Part shown: in pieces, positions 1 through 8,752 of the stretch
How positions within the stretch are numbered: position 1 is the first letter of the stretch
How the letters are laid out: the number at the start of each line of letters is the position of its first letter
IMG/VR virus record: IMGVR_UViG_3300005326_000738
Coordinates: 1-36,937 of that record
From: a virus
Lineage: Duplodnaviria > Caudoviricetes
Reading direction: 5' to 3' (one strand)
DNA length: 36,937 bases
The notes under the pieces: model-generated
The model's input: the letters and a program-made list of their open reading frames with translations, nothing else
Told to the model about the DNA's origin: nothing
Databases searched by the model: none
Position numbers and translations under genes: made by a program

Positions 1-264
1 TTAATTGCTATAACCCCTGCAATCATTTCCTTTTGGGCTTCCATAACCTCTTAGTCTCATACAATCAACTTGTAATGAGCCCGTGCGCATTCCTCTACTC
101 ATACCGCTCGACATACTTCCCGCTGCTTTTTCAGCTTCATAATCACATTCTCTATAATCTCTTTGAAGTTGTTCTTGTGATCTACCTGGATGGCAAAAAT
201 AAGTGTTTGCGCCGCATCCTGCAAATATGACCATTATTAATAACATAAATAACGCTTTTTTCAT
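1..264 (-). CDS. Small lipoprotein (candidate superinfection exclusion/lysogenic conversion)
   Basis: MKK + hydrophobic stretch + lipobox FAG-C; four further Cys; AAGGGGG RBS; same strand as the repressor. Confidence 0.75.
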   Translation of the reverse strand: MKKALFMLLIMVIFAGCGANTYFCHPGRSQEQLQRDYRECDYEAEKAAGSMSSGMSRGMRTGSLQVDCMRLRGYGSPKGNDCRGYSN

Positions 265-331
265 TATAACCCCCTTATATTAATTATATAGTTACATATT
301 TTACATTATTTTTCCCGCTCTCCTTAAATTT

Positions 332-359
332 CCTGTCGAGGGACCCCGCCGGGATCCCT
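332..359. repeat. CCTGTC-footed GC hairpin; divergent copy of the dispersed element, possibly a terminator or stability hairpin
   Basis: CCTGTC-G-AGGGACCCC-GCC-GGGATCCCT between two minus-strand genes. Confidence 0.45.
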
Positions 360-365
360 GAAAGA

Positions 366-1022
366 TTACTCAAATATATCATATTCTATTTTTCTTGTCC
401 CTTTTTTTGTATAATTGCCAGCATTGAAATTGGGGCACCAATCGCACCCTTCCTTAACCGCGGCTGCCTGGATTTGATTTTCCGCTGTTGCCGGGTGATC
501 AATTTGAAATTTAAATCGAGAATGTAAATAAGAGCACGGGAATAAATATCTATCTATAAATAGCGCCTGCTTAAAATTAGGTCTATTAGCGTCAGCTACT
601 CGTATGGTGTATTTAAATTTAGGGGGATTAATATAAGGATCATCAATAACGTCTTGACAATGTGCCCTCCAGTCATTACACCCACCAGCCTCAAGATAGC
701 ATTCTAAAATAGTTATTACAGGCCAGGCATTTTGGATAAGTTTTCCACCAGCATAAACTTGAATGCCCTTCCATCCATAGATGTGTTGGAGAACCGCTCT
801 TGCTCTTGCCGCGTCCTCCCTTGTCCGACTAAAAGCTGAACAATGAAACAATTTTTTGCCGATTAATATTTGATCATAAAGATGCGCTCCTGACGCTATT
901 CCAACAGCAATAGGATAGATATGCGAGTTACTCTGTACAAAACTAATTACAAGAAGATGTTCAATTGATGCCCTTATTAAGTCAAATTTTAATAGCGAAA
1001 TATCTACATTCGGATTATTCAT
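366..1022 (-). CDS. Hypothetical Cys-containing protein in the repressor operon
   Basis: Long ORF (TTG at 1043, ATG at 1022 more likely) with C-x6-C-x6-C and CDWC motifs. Confidence 0.75.
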   Translation of the reverse strand: MNNPNVDISLLKFDLIRASIEHLLVISFVQSNSHIYPIAVGIASGAHLYDQILIGKKLFHCSAFSRTREDAARARAVLQHIYGWKGIQVYAGGKLIQNAWPVITILECYLEAGGCNDWRAHCQDVIDDPYINPPKFKYTIRVADANRPNFKQALFIDRYLFPCSYLHSRFKFQIDHPATAENQIQAAAVKEGCDWCPNFNAGNYTKKGTRKIEYDIFE

Positions 1023-1029
1023 AAAGTCT

Positions 1030-1155
1030 CTATAATACTGCAAACCCTCGCTGACATAATAATTTTATATGGTTTACAAGGCGGCGGCATTTGGCATCAG
1101 CACAATATACTGTAATAATATAACTATCAGCATCCTGCCCATATCCTCCGTCCAT
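1030..1155 (-). CDS. Possible 41-aa peptide coupled to the repressor
   Basis: ATG overlaps the repressor stop (TAATG) with GGAG upstream: MDGGYGQDADSYIITVYCADAKCRRLVNHIKLLCQRGFAVL. Fills the gap to the next gene. Confidence 0.3.
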   Translation of the reverse strand: MDGGYGQDADSYIITVYCADAKCRRLVNHIKLLCQRGFAVL

Positions 1156-1733
1156 TATTCTCCATTGCCCCCGCCCGCTTTTGTCTCCCCTTTTAATTCC
1201 TGGATTTTAAAGTCATCTTCACGGGGAGATAAAAGCCGTCTTATTTCAGCTATATCATTTTCAAGCTTCGATATCTTTTGTTCACCCCGTACGGACTGTT
1301 GAAATGCAAAGGCATTTTGTGTAAGCGCTATTTTGAATACTTCATTATTTGAGGTCATCACTTCTACAACAGCATCTACAACAGGTTGAATTTCTAAAGG
1401 AATATTATTTATATGCAATGCCGAAGTTTCGTTTATTATCCCCTCTTTATATGAGCTGTCTTGTTTATAAATGCCCGGTTCATCCGCAGTGGTTAAAATC
1501 TTTTTACCATTTATATCAATATATTTTGTATTAATTTGCCCCATTAAAATCCAACTCAAAGACCATTTTTCATGCTCACATAATGGGACTATATGATCAT
1601 AAGGGATAGAGTTTCTTTGTCTCCAATTTGTGACTGTGTTAGGCTTAACTTTAAACAGGCGCGCCAAAGCTGCATCATTTTTAAGCCCTTTTAACTTAAT
1701 AATTTTATCTAATATTTCATCACTTGTAAGCAT
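1155..1733 (-). CDS. cI: Phage CI-like repressor (N-terminal HTH)
   Basis: MLTSDEILDKIIKLKGLKNDAALARLFKVKPNTVTNWRQRNSIPY...LSWILMG is a typical phage CI HTH; divergent from the ner-like gene. No S24 peptidase domain seen. Confidence 0.9.
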   Translation of the reverse strand: MLTSDEILDKIIKLKGLKNDAALARLFKVKPNTVTNWRQRNSIPYDHIVPLCEHEKWSLSWILMGQINTKYIDINGKKILTTADEPGIYKQDSSYKEGIINETSALHINNIPLEIQPVVDAVVEVMTSNNEVFKIALTQNAFAFQQSVRGEQKISKLENDIAEIRRLLSPREDDFKIQELKGETKAGGGNGE

Positions 1734-1743
1734 TATAATAAAT

Positions 1744-1793
1744 ATTCCCATTATATGAATTATTATCTTGACAATAAATCCCAATTTGTGAAT
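1744..1793. promoter_or_regulatory. Two 17-bp imperfect palindromic operators in the switch region
   Basis: ATTCCCA-TTA-TATGAAT (1744-1760) and AATCCCA-ATT-TGTGAAT (1777-1793); the second lies between the -35 and -10 of the early promoter. Confidence 0.7.
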
Positions 1794-1798
1794 ATAAT
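1768..1798 (+). promoter_or_regulatory. Early promoter (Pe-like)
   Basis: TTGACA (1768-1773), 19-nt spacer, TATAAT (1793-1798); ATG of the ner-like gene 6 nt after the -10. Confidence 0.7.
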
Positions 1799-1804
1799 AA
1801 ATAC

Positions 1805-2059
1805 ATGATTAAACTATCTAACCTAAAAAAGCTAAAGAAACAGAACAAACCTTTATACATCAGAACATTAATGGCGGCTAATAGCGGAATTAGACTTCTC
1901 GATCTTAGTATAAAACTTGGTGTTTCAACAGCCATGATATCACGGGTTGTACATGACGTAGGAGTATCAAGGCCGATACAACAAGCCATAGCAGATGCCT
2001 GTGGTGTCTCATATGAGCATTTATGGCCGGAAGAAAAGACGCGCAAAAAGGCGGCATAG
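1805..2059 (+). CDS. ner: Ner/Cro-like HTH regulator
   Basis: 84 aa HTH (LLDLSIKLGVSTAMISRVV) with Ner-type tail IQQAIADACGVSYEHLWP; first gene of the early operon. Confidence 0.85.
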   Translation: MIKLSNLKKLKKQNKPLYIRTLMAANSGIRLLDLSIKLGVSTAMISRVVHDVGVSRPIQQAIADACGVSYEHLWPEEKTRKKAA

Positions 2060-2068
2060 GAGGCAGGT

Positions 2069-2227
2069 ATGAAAATGATACCAATTGAGGAAGTATTAAA
2101 TATATTAGTTGAGAACGGCCAGCTTCCATCATTCATACTGAGTTACCAAATCCCAAAAGGTATGGTCGATAATGTCATAATCACAAAAGCGGCTGCAAAG
2201 GTAAACAGCAAGATCAGTTGGTATTAA
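2069..2227 (+). CDS. Small hypothetical protein (52 aa)
   Basis: AGGAGG RBS; MKMIPIEEVLNILVENGQLPSF...ISWY; below the ORF-track cutoff. Confidence 0.55.
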   Translation: MKMIPIEEVLNILVENGQLPSFILSYQIPKGMVDNVIITKAAAKVNSKISWY

Positions 2228-2647
2228 TAGATGATAAATAATTTCATCGGAATTGAAAAAAGCCAGCCTGAAAGACAATTTTACTCTTTTGGATTTAATA
2301 AGGCCGCGATAAGCATTGCCCAGGTCAGTCAGGAAATAACCGTCCCCGCCCTTAATCTTTTTGGTATCGATACAGAAAAGAACTCTGATAAGCACTTCGA
2401 ATCCATCATAGGGAAGGTTGTTGAATATGGCCATAGGTACATATTCTTTTGTAAGGATATATGCTCTCAAATAGGGCAGAGCTTCTTTTTTTTCGCATGT
2501 TCTATTTTGAGTCTTATGGCTGTTGTGCCCAGCTATTGGACGGGCTTTTATTTCAGCAATATCATTCTCAATGCTAAATACCGGATCATATTTCAAGCTG
2601 ATTATGCTGGTTTTCCCGATTTCTGCAATAAAGTTGTTTTCAAACAT
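2129..2647 (-). CDS. Hypothetical protein, antisense inside the early operon
   Basis: 172-aa AT-rich ORF with natural-looking composition; the competing + ORF (2231-2692) looks like its shadow. Confidence 0.5.
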   Translation of the reverse strand: MFENNFIAEIGKTSIISLKYDPVFSIENDIAEIKARPIAGHNSHKTQNRTCEKKEALPYLRAYILTKEYVPMAIFNNLPYDGFEVLIRVLFCIDTKKIKGGDGYFLTDLGNAYRGLIKSKRVKLSFRLAFFNSDEIIYHLLIPTDLAVYLCSRFCDYDIIDHTFWDLVTQYE

Positions 2648-2681
2648 GATTTGATTTTAGCAATAAAAAAAGAGGTTTGCA

Positions 2682-3176
2682 ATGTCAAATAATAAAAAGA
2701 AAATTGACGAAAGGCAGATGACGATATTTGAGTGTCTACTACCGGAAATTCCACCCACGCCCGGCAGTATGGATATAGGTATGCGGATCAGACAGGCAAT
2801 AAGCCAGGCAATCAGAAAATCAGGCAAAGAGCGTATAGATATCTGCGCCGAGATATATAAATTGACCGGCAAGGAAGTACCAAAATCAAGCCTGGATAGC
2901 TGGTCCGCCGAGGGGCGTGATCTGGCAAGCGAGAATACAGACCATAATGGAAATAAGCGCTGGGGAATACCCGCCGAACTAATCCCGGCGTTTTGTCAGG
3001 TAACGAATGACTGGGAATGTCTTTTTATCCTGGCCGATGCAGGGCATTTTAAAGCCATGAAAGGCAAAGAAGTAATTCATGCCAAGATGGGCCAACTCAA
3101 GGAGCGTATTACAAAGGATCAACAGGCATTAAAGGAACTTGAAAAGGCTCTTATAAACACAAATAAGGGGGAATAG
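2682..3176 (+). CDS. Phage regulatory protein (CII-like HTH + coiled coil)
   Basis: GAGG RBS; SLDSWSAE...IPAELIPAFCQVT pattern typical of Mu-like early regulators; C-terminal coiled coil. Confidence 0.7.
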   Translation: MSNNKKKIDERQMTIFECLLPEIPPTPGSMDIGMRIRQAISQAIRKSGKERIDICAEIYKLTGKEVPKSSLDSWSAEGRDLASENTDHNGNKRWGIPAELIPAFCQVTNDWECLFILADAGHFKAMKGKEVIHAKMGQLKERITKDQQALKELEKALINTNKGE

Positions 3177-3482
3177 ATGAACGGAAAAACGACATATAAA
3201 AGGATCGAGGCAGTAACAAGAACGGGCGAGATACTGAAATATCTGGCAAACCAGAAAGAACCGACTAATGGCCCGCAGGTAGCGGCAGGGGTTAACCTTC
3301 CGGTAGGCACTGTCATGTGTCACCTTGCCACACTGGAAGATCTTGGGTTTGTTTCCACGGTTGGAGATCGTTTTAAGCTCGGTATGGGGTTGGCGTTATT
3401 CTGGGCGCGGGTGAAGAGCAACCTGGAAGTGGAACGGGAAAGGATTGAAAAGGATTTAGAGCAAATAAGCAATTCCAATTAA
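3177..3482 (+). CDS. IclR-type winged-HTH protein
   Basis: IEAVTRTGEILKYLA...VAAGVNLPVGTVMCHLATLEDLGFV...FKLG; typical of B3-like early operons. Confidence 0.85.
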   Translation: MNGKTTYKRIEAVTRTGEILKYLANQKEPTNGPQVAAGVNLPVGTVMCHLATLEDLGFVSTVGDRFKLGMGLALFWARVKSNLEVERERIEKDLEQISNSN

Positions 3483-3499
3483 ATAATGGAGGGGACGCG

Positions 3500-3664
3500 A
3501 TGGAAAAGGATAGAAAAAAGCAATCTGAGGCTTACATAGCAGAAATAGACCAACTGCTTAATGAGGCAAACAAGCATTGTGCACAATGTATAGCAAAAAG
3601 AAAAAAGGCTAACCAAATATTAAAGAGATGGGTGCGTTTACGCGGAGGTAAAAATGTCAAATAA
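3500..3664 (+). CDS. Small hypothetical protein (54 aa)
   Basis: GGAGG RBS; MEKDRKKQSEAYIAEIDQLL...; fills the gap and overlaps the next start. Confidence 0.6.
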   Translation: MEKDRKKQSEAYIAEIDQLLNEANKHCAQCIAKRKKANQILKRWVRLRGGKNVK

Positions 3665-4577
3665 ACCAGAATCACAGAAGATAACCAATATTGATTTTGA
3701 AGTTAATAAACAGTCCTATGAGGCGGGCAGGCAGTCTGCATTAATCGAACGGGATGAAATGGAATTAAAGCTGGACTCGGCAAAATGGGTCTATGAGATG
3801 GCGGGAAAAATAAAATCTACTCGTTTTGCTCATAAACAATCTAAATTTTTTACGCTGTTAATGCTCAAGCAGGTAAAGGAGACAAGAGAATATCGTCTGA
3901 AATACGGTATGAACTGGGAAGATTTTTGCGAGTATGTGGGTGTGGATAGAAGAAATATAGACCGCCAGCTTGAAGATTTAGAACCTTTCCGGGTTGATTT
4001 TCTGGGTACTTTTGCCGGTTTTATGGGTGCCGACATTAGTAAAATCAAGTACTTAGGTAAAGCAATTGCGGGTAATTTTACCCAGTTTGACGGAGAGAAC
4101 ATAATTATCGGAGAGGATAAAATACCCTGTATTCCCGAACGGGCTGGGGAAATAAATGCAATCCTTGATCAACTCCAGGAAGAACTTAAAATTCAAAAAG
4201 AAGAAACTGTCGCTCAGAAAAAAGCTTTTGAGCGTGTTCAAACGGACACACATAAAACCCTTACAAAACTTGAAAAGGAGCTTGATAAATTTAAAGGCAA
4301 GGCAGCGGAACTTGGTATCACACCTGACGAGGCCCAGTTCCTGAAAAAAATGGAATTTTTGAAAAAGACCTTCGACGGCTACACGCTCCAGATTGAGCAG
4401 GCGGGGATGAATGCTCTGGCTTTTAACGCAGACCCTCAGCCCACAAAAAGGATGATCGCGGAATATCTGAGCGCCCTCTCCTATATGAAAATGCAAATAC
4501 TCTCGGCCTACGATGTGGCGGCTGATACTTACGGCGATCCTTCAATGCTGCCCGAAGAATCGCTCCAAACAGAATAA
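3654..4577 (+). CDS. Transposable-phage early protein (DUF3102-like, coiled coil)
   Basis: LKQVKETREY...WEDFCEYVGVDRRNIDRQL pattern; conserved slot just before the transposase in B3-like phages. Confidence 0.7.
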   Translation: MSNKPESQKITNIDFEVNKQSYEAGRQSALIERDEMELKLDSAKWVYEMAGKIKSTRFAHKQSKFFTLLMLKQVKETREYRLKYGMNWEDFCEYVGVDRRNIDRQLEDLEPFRVDFLGTFAGFMGADISKIKYLGKAIAGNFTQFDGENIIIGEDKIPCIPERAGEINAILDQLQEELKIQKEETVAQKKAFERVQTDTHKTLTKLEKELDKFKGKAAELGITPDEAQFLKKMEFLKKTFDGYTLQIEQAGMNALAFNADPQPTKRMIAEYLSALSYMKMQILSAYDVAADTYGDPSMLPEESLQTE

Positions 4578-4595
4578 ACCGCGACGGGGTGGGCT

Positions 4596-6341
4596 ATGTG
4601 GCAGGAAGAACTCGTTGATGCATTAAGATCAGCACCATGGAGCGAAAAAAGCCAGGTCATGTCAGAATATCGGGATATGACAGGTTACAGCGATCAACAG
4701 CTTTACCGCATTGCCGCCCGCTACGGCTACAAACCCGGCAAAAAGCCACGATCCGACAAAGGCATCTTAAAATCGGGGATTACAGACGGCCAGATAGAAA
4801 TGGCTGCATCCCTTATCTATCAAACAAGGCGCGAGGTAAAAGGGCCTATCATGCCAGTAGAAATGTCTATGGAAATAATGGAAGACAATCATTATCTGAA
4901 CTCCGGACAGATATCGGTAGCCCGGATGCAGCAACTCCTTCGAGAACGTGAGATGTGCGCGGCAGCTCTGAAAAATACAGAAACTTCACAGCCCATGCGG
5001 TCCCTTCATCCCAATCATGTCCATGTTTTTGATGTCTCCGTATGCGTCCAGTATTACCTGCGAAGTGGCGGGAAGGGCATGCGGATTATGGATGAGCGCG
5101 ACTATTACAAAAACAAGATGCATAATATTGCAAAGATAAAATTAAGACTTTTACGATATGTTGTTGTGGACCACTTTTCAGGTCTCTTTTATTTCCGCTA
5201 TTTCAATACCACCGGCGAGACTCAAAATAACTTTCATGAATTCATTCTGGAAGCCTGGGCGGATAAAAACAATGATAAATTTCCCTTCCGTGGCGTCCCC
5301 TTTGAAATTCTTATGGACGCAGGTTCTGCAAATACCTCCCGTGCCGTTGTCAGCTTTCTGAAGCGCCTCGGAGTTCATATTCCCGAAGGCGAGCCTTATA
5401 ACAGCAAGCGGCAGGGAGCTTGTGAAGTCATGCATAATTACATTGAAAAATGGTTTGAGTCGGGGCTGCGCCTTCAGCCTGCATCCACTCTGGAAGACCT
5501 GAATGCCTGGGCGCTGGACAGGCAGATATATCTAAACAGTAAACGTAAACATACCCGCCACGGTATGACTCGCACACAGTGCTGGCTGCTCATCAAACCG
5601 GAACAACTCAGGGAATTGCCGGATAAAGACCTGCTGACAGATCTCTATTCGTATACCGATGAAGACTATATCAGAACTATAAGCCGGGATTATACAATCA
5701 GCTATAAAGGTGAGGACTGGAACGTAAAACATATTGCCGGGATTATACCGGGACGGTCAAAGGTACAGATCGTCATAAAGCCCTTTACTCCGGAACTAAT
5801 AGGAGTACTTTTCAATGAAACCGTCTATGAGGCATATGTAATTAAAAAGCTTCCTGCCGAGTTGGGAGGTTTCCGTGCGGATGCCGCCGTCATCGGGCAG
5901 GAATATAAATCTCAGCCGGAGACCCTGACGGAACGCGCTGTAAAACGCTTTGACAACATGGCTTATGGAGAAAACACTCCAGATACCAGAGCAGCAAGGG
6001 CAAAAACAATACCTTTTGAGGGCCTCACTGTATTCGGGAACCATGCTGAGAAAGTAGATATATCCTTTATCGCGAAGCACGGCACTCCCGTGGAGATCGA
6101 CCGAGGGATCGCGGAAAAACAGATATCCTTCATGGAGTTTCTCAAACGCCTTACCAGCCGAGTGGGAGCCATATCAAAGGACCTTAACCAACAGCTTCGG
6201 GCTGAGATAGGGAATTCCATTGAAGTGTCAAGGGCAGAGGAATTAATAAGAGAAATGGAATCCAACCCCTTGCCAAACGGCTTAACTGTTTCAAATGACC
6301 TGAATATATTGAAAACCGCCGCAGGGCAGGAAAGGAGGTAA
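4596..6341 (+). CDS. DDE transposase (MuA analogue, B3/BcepMu type)
   Basis: KPRSDKG; SLHPNHVHVFDVSVCVQYYL (D1); VVDHFSG; PFRGVPFEILMDAGSAN (D2); QGACEVMHNYIE (E). Confidence 0.95.
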   Translation: MWQEELVDALRSAPWSEKSQVMSEYRDMTGYSDQQLYRIAARYGYKPGKKPRSDKGILKSGITDGQIEMAASLIYQTRREVKGPIMPVEMSMEIMEDNHYLNSGQISVARMQQLLREREMCAAALKNTETSQPMRSLHPNHVHVFDVSVCVQYYLRSGGKGMRIMDERDYYKNKMHNIAKIKLRLLRYVVVDHFSGLFYFRYFNTTGETQNNFHEFILEAWADKNNDKFPFRGVPFEILMDAGSANTSRAVVSFLKRLGVHIPEGEPYNSKRQGACEVMHNYIEKWFESGLRLQPASTLEDLNAWALDRQIYLNSKRKHTRHGMTRTQCWLLIKPEQLRELPDKDLLTDLYSYTDEDYIRTISRDYTISYKGEDWNVKHIAGIIPGRSKVQIVIKPFTPELIGVLFNETVYEAYVIKKLPAELGGFRADAAVIGQEYKSQPETLTERAVKRFDNMAYGENTPDTRAARAKTIPFEGLTVFGNHAEKVDISFIAKHGTPVEIDRGIAEKQISFMEFLKRLTSRVGAISKDLNQQLRAEIGNSIEVSRAEELIREMESNPLPNGLTVSNDLNILKTAAGQERR

Positions 6342-6345
6342 AACC

Positions 6346-7596
6346 GTGAAAGCAGTGCCAAAAGTATACCGGATGGAAATACAACCCATTATTTTAAAGG
6401 CTTTACTGATCGGCTGCGACATATCCCAGGGGGTGCTTGCAAAGGCTACATCATACAAGCGTATTACCATGCACAATGTTGTCAACAGGGGATATATCCC
6501 TCAAGACCCTGATTTCAGGCAGGATGTGGAAAAATATATAGCATCCTTAAAACAGGCTCGCACCTGGCTCGCAGAAAGAGGCATGAACATTAATAATATA
6601 TGGGATCCGCTGTCCGACAGCGGGCAGACAAAATATCAGCACCCAATAGGCATAGGCATGAGAATAGCAACATCGATAAAGGCACATTTACAGGGGCTTG
6701 TACCCGGCAACCCTGAACACATTAATATTATCAAGGAGGTGGAAGTGATAACCGAGGAGACAAAAAGACATTTTAAGTTGTTTAAAAACCCTTTCATTAA
6801 TGATGTCCTGGAGGATCGGGATATCTACATGTCCGATGAACACTATTACATTGAAGCGGCAATGGTCGACGCGGCAAAACATGCCGGATTTCTCGCTGTA
6901 GTCGGCGAGGTGCAGAGTGGCAAGAGCATTATGAGACGGAAGGTGGTTATCGCCCTGCAAAAGGAAGGTAATGTCCGGGTTATATTCCCACAGATTGTCG
7001 ATAAGGAACGGGTTAGTGCCTCTTCCCTCTGCGATGCCATTATTCATGATATATCCTCCGAAACACCGAAACAAAGGCTTGAAGACAAATCCCGGCAGGT
7101 ATTGAGACTGTTACTCGCCAGGCATAAACAGGGCTCCCGCCATGTTGTTATTATCGAGGAGGCTCATGATTTGAATTACCGTGTGCTCAAACTGTTGAAG
7201 CGGTTTTACGAATTTGAAGACGGCTATACAAAACTGCTGGGCATCATTCTTGTGGGACAGCCTGAATTAAAAGACAAGCTGGATGAAAATGTCCATCCGG
7301 ATATGCGGGAGGTCATCAGGAGAATACAGGTTGCAGAGATAAGGGGCCTGAACGGCAACATCAAGGACTATCTAACACTTAAGTTCAAACGGCTCGGGGC
7401 AAAGATGGAGAATATGTTTACCGATGAAGCAGTGGCAGCTCTCTCCAAGCGTCTTACCGACAAGGATGGGCGGACGGGCAAAACAATCAGCCATGCCTAT
7501 CCGGGCCTTGTCAATAACTATGCGGCCAAGGCCATGAACCTTGCCTGTGAAATGGGCGAGGAAAAAGTCACAGCAGAGGTGGTGATGGCGATATGA
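6346..7596 (+). CDS. Transposition AAA+ ATPase (MuB analogue, ExeA-like) with N-terminal HTH
   Basis: Walker A GEVQSGKS, Walker B VVIIEEAH, IILVGQPEL; directly after the transposase. Confidence 0.93.
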   Translation: MKAVPKVYRMEIQPIILKALLIGCDISQGVLAKATSYKRITMHNVVNRGYIPQDPDFRQDVEKYIASLKQARTWLAERGMNINNIWDPLSDSGQTKYQHPIGIGMRIATSIKAHLQGLVPGNPEHINIIKEVEVITEETKRHFKLFKNPFINDVLEDRDIYMSDEHYYIEAAMVDAAKHAGFLAVVGEVQSGKSIMRRKVVIALQKEGNVRVIFPQIVDKERVSASSLCDAIIHDISSETPKQRLEDKSRQVLRLLLARHKQGSRHVVIIEEAHDLNYRVLKLLKRFYEFEDGYTKLLGIILVGQPELKDKLDENVHPDMREVIRRIQVAEIRGLNGNIKDYLTLKFKRLGAKMENMFTDEAVAALSKRLTDKDGRTGKTISHAYPGLVNNYAAKAMNLACEMGEEKVTAEVVMAI

Positions 7597-7850
7597 AAGG
7601 GCAAGCTCGTACTCACCGGGGACAGTTCCCGGGAAAGAAGGTAAAAACAGATACGAAAACAAAGTGTGTGGAAGCCCCGCGGGACAGGATTTCAGTCCCC
7701 CTCACGGGGACAGGCCCGGCAGGGCGGTTTGCTAATGGGGATGTTCAGTGTCCCGGATGGGGTGACAGAATAGACCGTAGTGTGTGTATCACACGCAGTG
7801 TCCGGCATCAGGAAAAATGCGCAGGCGCAACGTGCCCGCTGAATTTATAA
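7593..7850 (+). CDS. Small Cys-rich hypothetical protein
   Basis: ATGA overlap; CPGW...C...C...C tail; contains two hairpin-ACAGG copies. Confidence 0.55.
   Translation: MKGQARTHRGQFPGKKVKTDTKTKCVEAPRDRISVPLTGTGPAGRFANGDVQCPGWGDRIDRSVCITRSVRHQEKCAGATCPLNL
7675..7714. repeat. Two short copies of the hairpin-ACAGG element
   Basis: CCCCGCGGGACAGG (7675-7688) and CCCCCTCACGGGGACAGG (7697-7714). Confidence 0.65.
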
Positions 7851-7861
7851 GGGGGTTGAGA

Positions 7862-8020
7862 ATGAAAGCAATAGAAATATATATCAACGAAGAAGCAATG
7901 GAACGGGCACAAAGCAAAGAGGAGAAAAACACGGAGAAATATTTCTGGTGGTTCCTTTGGTTCATTGTGGGAGTTATCTTCGGGTATGCGCTGCTTTGGA
8001 TGCAAGCAAGTGGGAAATGA
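7862..8020 (+). CDS. Small single-TM protein
   Basis: MKAIEIY...YFWWFLWFIVGVIFGYALLW; AAGGGGG RBS. Confidence 0.6.
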   Translation: MKAIEIYINEEAMERAQSKEEKNTEKYFWWFLWFIVGVIFGYALLWMQASGK

Positions 8021-8175
8021 AAGCAATCATTGAGATATATGAAGACAGAAAAAGCATCATTAAGATCACACAAAACAGTGGTGTTTTGATTGACCGGTAT
8101 GAGGTATCGGCAATAGCAGTAGAAATGCCGAGGGGTATATCACAACAACAAATCCGGAAGGGACAATACTTGTGA
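8017..8175 (+). CDS. Small hypothetical protein (52 aa)
   Basis: ATGA overlap with the previous stop; MKAIIEIYEDRK... Confidence 0.55.
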   Translation: MKAIIEIYEDRKSIIKITQNSGVLIDRYEVSAIAVEMPRGISQQQIRKGQYL

Positions 8176-8203
8176 AGTCCCGAAGGGCTTAAAAGGAGGA
8201 AAT

Positions 8204-8752
8204 ATGGCAACATTGGGAGAAGTTGAAAAACTTACAAAGGAATTTGCAGATGCGTGGGACAAAATGGGCGATACGCTTCGTGATCTGGATGATAAGGCAC
8301 AAGCACTTAACAGGCAATATTTGCCGGGTTTAAAGACACAGGAGCGCATCCTGGAAGAGAAAAGAGACAAATTGTCGGCGGCGCTTGAGGCCAGTCCGGA
8401 ACTATTCAAGAAGCCGAGGTCCATTGTAATACATGGCATTAAAGTGGGTTTACAGAAAGGTAAGGGAGAATTGTCCTGGTCAAAGAAGGCCGCAGCTAAA
8501 ATAGTTGAATTAATCAAAAAACATCATCTTGACAGAGCAGATGTATTCATCAGGACAACAGAGGAGCCGAATAAGGATACTCTTAAAATCCTGCCCGGGG
8601 CGGATTTAATGAAATTGGGCGTTCGAGTTGGCGGCATAGATGATGAAGTGGTTATTAAGCCGGTAGAGTCGCAGATTGAAAAATTAATGAAACACTGGCT
8701 GAAACAGGGCAGAAACGGTGTAGATGAGACAGTGGAGAAGGAGGCAGCGTGA
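8204..8752 (+). CDS. gam: Gam-like host-nuclease inhibitor
   Basis: Long N-terminal helix, then PELFKKPRSIVIHGIKVGLQK...IRTTEEPNKDTLK...LGVRV; AAGGAGG RBS; Mu early position. Confidence 0.8.
   Translation: MATLGEVEKLTKEFADAWDKMGDTLRDLDDKAQALNRQYLPGLKTQERILEEKRDKLSAALEASPELFKKPRSIVIHGIKVGLQKGKGELSWSKKAAAKIVELIKKHHLDRADVFIRTTEEPNKDTLKILPGADLMKLGVRVGGIDDEVVIKPVESQIEKLMKHWLKQGRNGVDETVEKEAA

Noticed and set aside
1074-1142. 22-aa hydrophobic peptide MGRMLIVILLQYIVLMPNAAAL on the minus strand
   Set aside because: The SD is only 2 nt from its ATG and it competes with the 41-aa coupled ORF; cannot be supported.
2231-2692. 153-aa + strand ORF
   Set aside because: No RBS and Phe/Ile-rich shadow-like composition; the minus-strand ORF is more plausible, though not certain.
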